Position numbers and translations under genes: made by a program | DNA from: Aplysia californica | Lineage: Eukaryota | Length of the DNA: 40,935 nucleotides | Reading direction: 5' to 3' | NCBI RefSeq assembly: GCF_000002075.1 | Contig: NW_004797525.1 | Span: 410,704-451,638, forward strand | Part shown: positions 11,890 through 22,369 of the stretch, piece by piece | How the letters are laid out: every line of letters begins with the position of its first letter | How positions within the stretch are numbered: the stretch's first letter is position 1 | Notes under the pieces: model-generated | Databases searched by the model: none | What the model saw: the letters and a program-made list of their open reading frames with translations, nothing else | Told to the model about the DNA's origin: nothing

Positions 11890-12701
11890 CAAAATCTGAC
11901 ACAATCCTTTGTAACACCGGCGGCCCTCAGGGCTGTGTTTTGTCACCAGTTTTGTATACAATATATACCAACGATCATAGAAGTATATATAAAATAACAC
12001 GCTTAATTAAGTTTTCAGATGACTCCGCTATTATTAAATCTATAAACCTTGTTGGATTAATAAAATTGATGAAAAAGAGTATTTTGAAGAAATATGTATA
12101 TTTTTTTAAATGGTGCAATTCAAATTTACTAAAAGTGAACCTCTCAAAAACCAAAGGAAATGATTTTTGATTTTAGAAGAGAAAAACCAACAATCCCACT
12201 ACTCGTAATTTAACAAGAAACTATTGAAATCACGGATTCATACAAATATCTTGATCTTACAATCGACAACAAATTTACATGGCAAAACCACGTAAACAAT
12301 ATTGTTAAAAAGGTAAATCAGAAACTGTATTTTCTGAGGAAACGTAGGTCTTTCAATCTGAATACATCCATTCTTCAGATATTCTACACCACCACCATAG
12401 AAACTTTGATAAATTTTGGTATCACTTGCTATGGTAGCAATTTGGGAAGGCAGCACATTATAAAAATAAACCAGTTGATAAGAAAGGCATCAAGAACAAT
12501 TGGTAGAGACCTAAGTAACTGTGAATATCTGCACAAGACAAACGATCAAAAAAAGGCGGAAATAATGCTTAGTGACCATAGCCACCCACTGACACAGGAA
12601 TTTCTACTATCGACCAGCAGTAAACGATACATTTCCAAAAAAGCAAGAACAGACAGATATAGAAATTCATTCGTACCAACTGTAATGAGGTTACTGAACA
12701 C
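11890..12701 (+). mobile_element. Decayed non-LTR retrotransposon RT fragment (Rex1/Babar-like, CR1/L2 group) in the intron of B
   Basis: NTGGPQGCVLSPVLYTIYTND, KFSDDSAI, WCNSNLLKVNLSKTK, YKYL.LTIDNKFTW, KLYFLRK, HSHPL, RTDRYRNSFVPTVMRLLN; frameshifted. Confidence 0.88.
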
Positions 12702-13118
12702 NNNNNNNNNNNNNNNNNNNNNNNNNNNNNNNNNNNNNNNNNNNNNNNNNNNNNNNNNNNNNNNNNNNNNNNNNNNNNNNNNNNNNNNNNNNNNNNNNNN
12801 NNNNNNNNNNNNNNNNNNNNNNNNNNNNNNNNNNNNNNNNNNNNNNNNNNNNNNNNNNNNNNNNNNNNNNNNNNNNNNNNNNNNNNNNNNNNNNNNNNNN
12901 NNNNNNNNNNNNNNNNNNNNNNNNNNNNNNNNNNNNNNNNNNNNNNNNNNNNNNNNNNNNNNNAGGTTGTCCCAGCACGTGAGACATGTATTTACTTGGC
13001 CTAATGTCCTGTCTTGTTGTGCATTTGCGTGAGTGCACCTTAAGGTCTAACTTTTGTAACGTCTACTGCAATTGTTAACGACCAAGACAAATTTCTCCCT
13101 GCGAGATGAATAAAGATG

Positions 13119-13175
13119 GTCATTGTCATTGTCATTGTCATTGTCATTGTCATTGTCATTGTCATTGTTATTGTC
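13119..13175. repeat. (GTCATT)n microsatellite
   Basis: Directly visible. Confidence 0.95.
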
Positions 13176-13319
13176 GAATCTAGTCAAAGTATTTGCCATG
13201 TGTACAAATGGGCAGCATGTCGACACTGGAGGAACTGAAATTCTCGGTTTGTACGTCAATAGTCACAAACCAATGATAGAAATAGACAAACGCTGGCCCA
13301 GCCATGGAGTTAACCTACT

Positions 13320-14050
13320 TACAGTATTGGGAGATAGTCACAGCACTATGTAACATTTCCCCCCAAACGGTATCTGTTTAAAACATACGGCATTTCATAG
13401 ACCAACTTTGTAATGCAAAGCATTTCCTTACCGAAAAGTGTTTTGGAACAAACAAGTAACATTTTGGGGGATGTTTGTGGAAAAAAAGATTGAATAGTAA
13501 GAACGTTTAATGAAAAGGTGAAACACAAGGCTCTTTGTAGTGATAACAACAATGGGAGCTGAGGTTGTTAAACATATTTCGCCTCCAAGAGTCATAACTT
13601 TTTGCATGAGCAGAAGAGCTCATTCAACAAGGCCAGAAGCAATGGAAGGGCACAGCCAAGTCTATCTTTAAGGATTTTGGGGGATTTCATGTCTTTAAGA
13701 GTAAGGTCCTTGTGAAAAACTTAAAGAGAATGAATACCATCCCCAGTCCATTCCGGCAAGAGGTCCTCACAAGATGGCTGCAGTGTGCAGACAATTGTTT
13801 ACTTGATGTTCCTTCTGGGAGGGACCTTCTTTTTATCAAAACCTACTTTAAACATCTCAGCAAGAGATGTTCTTTCTTCCCTCCTTTTTAGAAAGAGGAT
13901 TAATTAGCATTCAGGATGCAACTGTTGGAAGACAGATACATTTCTTTTTTAAAAATAGAGTTGTGTAAAATATAGAGAGGAGAAATGTGTATGACAACAT
14001 TTTAAAAAACCAGACTCTACCTTTATGTTTAAACGTTTGGTATAGAAAAT
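13320..14050 (+). mobile_element. Decayed Tx1/L1-like LINE ORF2 fragment in the intron of B
   Basis: Remnant peptides VMQSISLPKSVLEQ and IPSPFRQEVLTRWLQC..NCLLDVPSGRDLLF. Homologous (reverse complement) to 35340-35600. Confidence 0.6.
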
Positions 14051-14119
14051 GCTACGTAAAAGTAACTAAAAATTCTATACAGGGAGGTAAAAATTACAAC
14101 GAATCTGATAATTGCTCAC

Positions 14120-15051
14120 CTGGTTGACGTTTTTTCTCCAAGCGGTGTTGGAGTATTCGTCTTGAGCAGTCTCAAGATCAAGGGGCTTCCTGGTTACGCC
14201 AAGCAACAATTTCTGGGGAGGGATGTCAATCCCCGGAGAAGGTGAGTACGTCGTGGTTGGGAGGGGAGAAATTGGCCCAGAATGTCTTCCCATGAGATCC
14301 AACACCTGACAAAGTTAACAGAACAGATTCAGACCACCATGGTCCGTTCTGAATGCCGGGTGTGTTATAATATGTTTGCAGTACTGCTCAAGTTTCCTGT
14401 CCTTGTTTACGCAAGATTGTGGTGGGTTGATGGTGGGTGGGGAGATAATTAGCTTTGAATTGCACCTATGTAGGATAGACGAAAAACCCTGTGATATTTT
14501 TATGTCGTAACGTGGCGTTAGATTCCCTCTCGGGACAGACTGTCCGTGCAAACACGTCGTGGGGATAGAAATCTAATCGCGAGCAGTCAGGAGGCTGCAA
14601 GATATCAAATAGACTTTTGTCATCAGAGGAAATTCCTTCTCCATCTTGCTCCGCTGTTGTCAGATTTTCCAGGTTCCTGTCTACGACGCTAAAAAATGTT
14701 TTCCGCCCAGTCTCGGTACTTGGAAGGACAGCAGGTTCCGTACAGAGAGCAGGACTGGGAACACGAGCAAGGGGCGCATTTGATGGTCGAGTACTTGAAC
14801 TTAGTTTGGGGATCAGAAGGACAACTTTGCTGACAATATGAAAGATGAAATTCTAACTCGCGAGTTATTCCAACCTCCCACTCGAACTACGTCAATTTCA
14901 CAAAGTAATCAGGATTATAGTAGTCTGGTACAGCCGGAGGCCCCTGTTCATTATGAGCAATGGGTATACTCCCATCAACACAAGCTATACATAAAGTTCT
15001 AACAACCAGCACGATTACAAAAGGATGAAACAAAACATGAGGAACCTTCAT
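14120..15051 (-). pseudogene. Paralog B, exon 1 (disabled)
   Basis: ATG at 15051 (MKVPHVLFHPFVIVLVVRTLCIAC). Lesions: in-frame TAG at 14887-14889 (GTG in C/D); +1 base in the A-run at 14691-14696; ~300-bp deletion at ~14503 relative to C; TTA>TAA at 14315-14317. Ends ...WRKNVNQ with donor CAG|GTGAGC (14114-14119). Confidence 0.9.
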
Positions 15052-15300
15052 TGTCTCTTTCTGTGGGTAGTTGTGCCAAAAGAAAAAGGAGACACACGTT
15101 GGGAACAAATTGACAGCACACAAAAGTACAAAACAGAAACTCAGCCGAGGTTCGAATTTAATTCATCTCGTCCTGTCTGGAATAATTCCTGGAACATTTC
15201 CCTCTGGGTTTGTTCTGGGAGAGACAAAGACTCAGTGGTCGCCAACTTCCGACACGACAGACTCGGTTCTCAGCGGCCTGTTGGATTTGGGGCCCTCTCC

Positions 15301-15478
15301 AGGAACAAAGTAATTAACACACTGGAAAGAAACAAAGTAATTAACACATTGGAAAGAAACAAAGTAATAAACACATTGGAAAGAAACAAAGTAATTAACA
15401 CATTGGAAAGAAATAAAGTAATTAACATAAGGGAAAGAAACAAAATAATTAACACATGTTGAAGAAACAAAGTAATCC
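15301..15478. repeat. 27-bp minisatellite, ~6.5-7 units, upstream of B
   Basis: AA(C/T)AAA(G/A)TAA motifs at 15304, 15331, 15358, 15385, 15412, 15439, 15466. Confidence 0.95.
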
Positions 15479-16214
15479 AGGCTGAGAGTTATGTCGTACT
15501 GTCCGTTGTCCTCCGAGGACCAGAAGATCACACCACCACTAGCTCATTCTTTACTCTCCTTCTTTGTCCTTTTGAACTCGCCTTTGATATATTCTGAATA
15601 CAGCGGAAACCTCTTTATATTTCGAATGATTCGTCTCAGGTTTTTATCAAAGTTGACAAGACGAATCTCTTTGAAAAAAGCTGGTTTCTTATTCCTATCA
15701 CGTCTTTGCTGATCGTTTCTGCATTAAAATGTAATGTGTTTCATTTTGTTTTGTTTGGTTTATATTTAAAGTAGATAGACAGCCCGAGAAGTGGTGCTAT
15801 GACCCTTGCTGACTGATTCAAAGACAACTTATCGACTCTTGGGAAATGGCTCACATCGTCTTTCCCGCCTTATCATCAAACGAATTGTCAAAGCTTCAAA
15901 AAACNNNNNNNNNNNNNNNNNNNNNNNNNNNNNNNNNNNNNNNNNNNNNNNNNNNNNNNNNNNNNNNNNNNNNNNNNNNNNNNNNNNNNNNNNNNNNNNN
16001 NNNNNNNNNNNNNNNNNNNNNNNNNNNNNNNNNNNNNNNNNNNNNNNNNNNNNNNNNNNNNNNNNNNNNNNNNCACCACTAGAGGGGCGTTCTCTCAATT
16101 CCGGATATTCCTTTAAAACTATTTCAAATTAACATCGGGTTGGTGTTTTGACTTATCAAAAGTTCTGTTCAGTTTTTTTTTACATCTTGCATACGATTTG
16201 TACGGTACTGTAAC

Positions 16215-17270
16215 TCACGAGAATTGTACACATAAACGAAACAAGAAGTCTCTGGATCTAAATGTTGAGTTTGTGTGAAAATATGATATCACTAGACTCT
16301 CCCCTGTGTCCTTCCATTGTTTCCACCATTCTAAGTGACACCCACATAGTTCTTGTTCATTCCATATGTTCTCTATCTTCTCTGTGTCTTCTGCCTTTGT
16401 ATCCAAGTCCCCTGTGACTATCGCCATAACGTGACATTTTAGTTGGTTTTATTGAATTATCTAGATCTTTATAGCATCTCTACAATTCATCAGTCTTATG
16501 CTGTGATATTTGTGTTCAATATTACTCTTGAACTATACATATGTCAAAACGTTTTCCAATCTCATTTAGCTTTCATGATTCCATCTGACACGCCCCAAAA
16601 ACTGTTGCAGCACTTGGCTGTTATTTCAATGCCTGCACCCGTTTTATGTTATTCAAACCAGAAATGTATTGTTTCACTCCTTGTTTGATTGGGTCTCCCA
16701 TGACGCTACCATTTTACTTTTGAAATACCCAATATGTGTTATTCCAATTCATGTAATCAATTTCCTGTATTAAGTTTTCTGTGATTACCAGAGATTTTTA
16801 TCTTGTACACTAACGTAATCAAAAAGTGATGTCGATTCCATCTTTTCATTTTCACTGATTTCCTTTCTGTCAACCTTGTGTCAAAGGTGTCCCCCTTCCC
16901 CAATCCAACCCAACACCTGAAAACCTTATCTATCTTCCTTTTATGAGTAATATTTTTTTCTTTCTTTCTTTCTTTCTTAAATATCTCTTTGATAGCTCCT
17001 TTGAGTTGTTTGGGTGCAATAGGAACTCCCTGCCTCACTCCCTGTTCTATGGCAAACCTTCCTGACACGCAGCTGTCAATATGGATTGTAGCTGACGCTT
17101 CTCGGTATATTTTTTAATCAATAGTTGGATGTATGTCTCGTTCATATTTGTTTCTCCTGAGAGATTGAAAAAAATTACAAAGTGTTGTTTGATGGAGTCA
17201 AATGCTTTTTCGCAATTAATATAACCAAGGCATAGTTGAAAATTGTATGTGTAGCATTATTTTACTGAAC
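16215..17270 (-). mobile_element. Highly decayed RTE-clade LINE fragments (RT and endonuclease pieces)
   Basis: CLGYINCEKAFDSI (~17190-17232), QGVRQGVPIAPK (~17010-17045), IVTGDLDTK (endonuclease GDFNAK-like, ~16395-16421). Confidence 0.65.
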
Positions 17271-17889
17271 ATTGCATCCGGTATTATCATCCTTTGGGTA
17301 TATTATATCATGTACATTATGCTGAAGAGATGTGGTGATAGTATGCATCCTTACCTCACGTCTTTTATAACAAGACTAGCTGGGCCCCCTTTCGATGAAA
17401 GGAATGATCGGTGCTTTAATATCAACTAAAAGTAATTGGCCTACTATATTTACACTGTACTGGAATGGGGCAATAAATCTTGAGAAGGCAAAAAATTAGA
17501 AGGTCTGGATTCTAGATCTATACTCTCAACACAAAATGCGCCTCGCGAAATATCACTTCCGGGTTTTCTAAAATTACAGAGACAGAAGCGTCGGCCTACA
17601 AAAGCGATCGACGAAATAAAAAAATGTAGCCTTTGGCAGCAAAACTGTCTCAAAACTGAAAAAAACCAAAGGCGTCATGATCTGGAGAATATTTTAAAGA
17701 ATCGTTTGGCGAAAACCGCATGTCGATCCTTGCAGCCATTAAAAAGCCTTTTGAATAGCAAGATTCGGCCACCACAAATAGATAATAGAAGCCAGTGTGA
17801 TTTCTCAAGTCTTACTTTTTTGTGCATTCTATGACTTCAAAATGCAATGTCTCAGCTACTATAAAAGATAACTTAGAAATTTGGAATGC

Positions 17890-18420
17890 ATATAATAATC
17901 AGACAGATCCCAGAGAGATCTTTTAGAAAAGTACAACTCAAAATAATCCAACGAAGACACGTTCTTGATCTCTGCAGACTACCTCACTTAATTAATGGGG
18001 GTCTAAAACATGACAGTGTCCTTCTGGTTTTCTCTTCTGACTGGCTTTTAAATATTTGCATTGTGATTCTCAATAAAAATGTTACCTGCCTGACTGATCA
18101 GCGATATTGGTCTGTAGTTGGAGCATTGTTGTACATCTACTTTGTTCGGAAATGGTATGAACAGTGCTTTTTTTCCTGTTCATATGCCATTTGTCCACTC
18201 TCCAATATCTTCGTGGATAGTTTACGGCAAACATTACTTTTCTTCCCTGGTCCTCACTTGCTTTTATCATATTATTTGCTTGTTTGTTATCACATCCTGG
18301 ATAATTTTCACTGTTTGGATGACTGGACAGTATAGCTCATTCTACTTTTGATTTTAGTGGTGCTAAATTTCACCTTCATCATGTTCTGCTTTACTGGTCT
18401 CGTTTTGTGGTACTTTCTCT
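17890..18420 (-). mobile_element. Decayed RTE-clade LINE RT N-terminal fragment
   Basis: Minus-strand remnant FIPFPNKVDVQQCSNYRPISLISQAG. Confidence 0.7.
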
Positions 18421-18427
18421 TGTCTTT

Positions 18428-18466
18428 TTTGTTTGTTTGTTTGTTTGTTTGTTTGTTTGTTTGTTT
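18428..18466. repeat. (TTTG)n microsatellite
   Basis: Directly visible. Confidence 0.95.
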
Positions 18467-18899
18467 CAAATAAGCACATTTTCTGCCTTAGTAATTCATT
18501 TTTTTCCTGATGTACGTCAGATCAATTTTTGATACATTTTAATAGATTATGGGAGACAGTTTTGGCACTTACTCAAGTTGTTGTCACTGCCCCCCAACCG
18601 CCCCATCTATGATACGTCGTGTAGATAAATTAATCAAATGAAAACTGATAACTGTGACCGAAATTATATGTTGCAGCTATATTGTTGAAGCTCTCTGCGG
18701 AATAAAAAAAAGTCTTCAGCTTGTTAAACAACTTCCTTTCTGTCGAGCTCGCCTTGCGTGCCAATGTCATTGGAACCATTTACGTGTATCTAATCAAGAC
18801 AAAGCGATAGCAGGTATCTGATAAAAGTTTTATACAAATCGGCCAAGACAATCAAAAATTATTTGGAAAAAAAAAAGAACACGATACTTTTCATTTGAT

Positions 18900-19370
18900 G
18901 AGCTATAACTGTAGCTGATCTGTAGAACCGTGTCTGATAGGGCAATCTTGTCTCTAACATTTTCAAAACATGACCTAGATATATCAATTTTCTCCTTTTA
19001 AAATTGGTCGTGTTGATCTAAATCCAAGTTGTTTCCAACGTTTAATAATTTGTAATAAATCTATTCAAATTTTTTAATTTAAAAAATTCTTCCTGGGCAT
19101 TTTGAATGAAAGTTTTAGTTGTTTTTTTCGTTGAATTGCTTTATTTGTTTTCCATGTCTCTGAACCATACATGAGTACCGCTAAAACTTTATTATCATAC
19201 ACTTTTAGTTTAATCTCCAGTAAGATGATCTTTGAATTCCAGACAGTTTTTAAAAAAGCGGTCCATTTACTTCTTTGATGGACGTTGCCAATGCAGTGAG
19301 CAATTTTAAAGATAATGCTGCACCAATTGCATAAATTAATTCCTGCTAGAAGCTCTCAATAAAGAGTGAT
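18900..19370 (-). mobile_element. Decayed RTE-clade LINE 3' fragment upstream of C; homologous pieces upstream of A (~5870-6150) and D (~29910-30040)
   Basis: Remnant KTVWNSKII..IKLKVY / KVLAVLMYGSETWKTNKAIQ. Confidence 0.6.
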
Positions 19371-20557
19371 GTGAGTAATTTCTGGTGAGTCAGCTCCATA
19401 TACGATTACTTTGTCCTTTGTGGCAATGTCTGTTATCTCTTACTTTCAATCTTCCTCTTTTCTCTTCTGACTGTCAGGAGCGGGATCTTCTGATAACAAC
19501 TGTAGATCTTGATAACTGTTTGGGGCTGTTTTTACTGTTTGTTGTTCAGCTATTGATTGGAAGGACGGACTCGGTGTCGGTTGCCGGGAGCAGCTTACAG
19601 TGTACCGTCTGCCATTCCAGGAGGAACGACGAGCTCAGCTACAATCAAGGTTTAACGCCTCTTGCGTCACTGAAAAGTTATAAAAGTGTTGGGACCTCCG
19701 AGTTTAACGTCCATCTCAGATAGGACCAAAGCAAAAAGGGAATATTAAGTTGCATCATGTGTCTTTATCAAAAACGCAATGTTGGACGCAGCTGTTATTC
19801 TAACTGCAGAACCAGCGATCTCAGGATTATGTGTACAGTACCCTAACTACTAGACTAGTGACGCCGTGTGTCTACTTACTGAACTCGATACCGAGCAGCT
19901 GGAGTTGCAGTCTCTTCTCACACACGCCGTTCGTTTTTTTTTTGGTGTTTTTTTTAGAGTTATCTTGGTCTAGTGAGAACATATTTACAGAAGTTCACAT
20001 AATTTGTGGAGAACTGCGATTCTGGAAGCAACATCGCTCGCAAACCTTGAGTGGGCTGCATGTTTTGCTCTGGTGAATCCCATCCTTCTGCTTTAGACTG
20101 GAACTGATTGTTTTCTTGTGTTAGTTTGAGTAAAGAGAAGCACATCGGAGCAAGATCGTCCATTCAAAAATGCAACGGAAATACGGAAAGCAAAGGTAGG
20201 ACAGTGAAGAATGAGATAGTGGTGGTGTGATCTTCTCGTCCTCGGAGAGCACAGGACGGTACGACATAATTCTCTGACTGGATTACTTTGTTTCGTTCCC
20301 ATGTGTGAATTATTTTGCTACGGGAGAGGGCCAAGTCCAACAGGCCGCTGAGAACAGAGTCTGTCGTGTCGGAAGTCAGCGACCACTGAGTCTTTGTCTC
20401 TCCCAGAACAAACCCGGAGGGAAATATTCCAGGAATTATTCCAGACAGGACGAGAGGAATTAAATTCCAACCTCGGCCGAGTTTCTGCCTCGTATTTTTG
20501 TCTGCTTCAAAGTTGGTGCCAAATTTTCTTTGGCACAACTAACCACAGAAAGAGACA

Positions 20558-21838
20558 ATGAAGCTTGCTAACTTTTTGTCCCACCCATTTTTCATCGCAC
20601 TGGTTGTTAGAACATTGTGTATAGCTTGTATTGATGGGAGTATAGCCTATACTGATTATGATCCATTTTCTATACCAAACTACGATTCTTCTGATGACGG
20701 TGAGAACTTGACAGTGTTCGATTATCCGGAAGTAGCAGTTCTGAACTTTTCGTTGTTTCCAACAAATGGCAGTTACTCTGCTTTTGGTGCAAACATGACA
20801 GTGTTCGAGTGGGAGGTTGGAGTAACTCGCGGGTTAGAATTTCATCTTTCATATTGTCAGCAAAGTTGTCCTTCTGATCCCCAAACTAAGTTCAAGTACT
20901 CGACCGTCAAATGCGCCCCTTGCTCGTGTTCCCAGTCCTGCTCTCTGTACGGTACCTGCTGTCCTTCCAAGTACCGAGACTGGGCGGAAAACATTTTTAG
21001 CGTCGTAGACAGGAACCTGGAAAATCTGACGACAGCGGATCAAGATGGAGAAGGAATTTCCTCTGATGACAAAAGTCTATTTGATATCTTGCAGCGTCCT
21101 GACTGCTCGCGATTAGATTTCTATCCCCACGACGTGTTCGCACGGGCAGTCTGTCCCGAGGGGGAATCTAACGCCACGTTACGACACATGTGTGAGAAAA
21201 GTCCGTGTGATTCTCTCCGCGGTTGTACCCCCGTCCGACACAGAGACACCGGCACCGTGTACAAAAACGTGTTCTGTCTCGTGTGTAACACACTACACGT
21301 CGGCGACCACCACCACGGGCTCGGTGACCTTGGAGTGACCCCTTTCTACAACACCAGAGGCGACCACAATACGGAATATGTTGAGGGGACTCTCGAAATC
21401 ACCTGTGAACATTACCAGATGTTGTATAGCGTTATGTCGGAGGATGAACTGTTTCATGAAGTGCTCCAAAGACCTGACGCTTGTAGCATAAGAACATCAT
21501 ATGGTTTTACGACAAGTTTGGATAGGTGCTTTCCAAAATTCGTTTCCAACATCAACCCACCGCAATCGTGCGTAATAAACGACACAAGACTTGCGCAGTA
21601 TTGCAAACATATAACACATACTACATTCATCACGGACCACAGCGGTCTGAATCTGTTCTGTTTACTTTGTCAAGGGGTCTCTCTCAAAAGATTAGATCCC
21701 GTAAGACCTTGGCTACCTTACGTACCGGTGCTCTACCCTCCCCTGAAATTGCTGCTTGGCGTAACCAGGAAGCCCCTTGATCTTAAGACTGCTCAAAACG
21801 AATGCTCCAACACCACATGGAGAAAAAACATCAACCAG
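20558..21838 (+). CDS. Paralog C, coding exon 1 (signal peptide + Cys-rich ectodomain, 427 codons)
   Basis: Open frame from ATG 20558 to ...WRKNINQ; donor CAG|GTGAGC at 21839; phase 0. Homologous to exon 1 of A, B and D. Confidence 0.9.
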
Positions 21839-22369
21839 GTGAGCAGTTATAACCGTAACGTTGTAATATTTACCGCCTCCCCCCCCCCTTTTCTGTCTCC
21901 CTGTCCCCACTCCCTCCCATGCCGATACAACTTAGGCCATAAGGAAATGGACTGCTTCAGCCATGTCTGACACGACCACCCCAGGCTGAGTAGGAAACAG
22001 CACAGCATCATACAGACGTGGATACTCGCCAGTCCATAATATTCCCTACGTGGGAATCGAACTCATATCTTTGGGGTGCAATGGCTTTCTGTAATATTTT
22101 ATTTTGTCTTTTTGACTGATGAAACAAGGATATTGTATTTCAGGAGGCATCGTAGGCGAGCGTGAACGAGTCTGTCTGTCTGTCTGTCCGTCTGTTTGTT
22201 TGTCTGNNNNNNNNNNNNNNNNNNNNNNNNNNNNNNNNNNNNNNNNNNNNNNNNNNNNNNNNNNNNNNNNNNNNNNNNNNNNNNNNNNNNNNNNNNNNNN
22301 NNNNNNNNNNNNNNNNNNNNNNNNNNNNNNNNNNNNNNNNNNNNNNNNNNTTCTGTGTGTCTTCAACAG

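Noticed and set aside
14120-15051. Somatic rearrangement signals (RSS-like or recombinase sites) around the hypervariable segments
   Set aside because: No heptamer/nonamer or consistent flanking motif seen; the evidence supports only germline-scale exchange.
17330-17890. Possible Helitron-like or other element, and a TTAACCC start near 7126
   Set aside because: No matching second terminus or coding remnant could be identified by eye.
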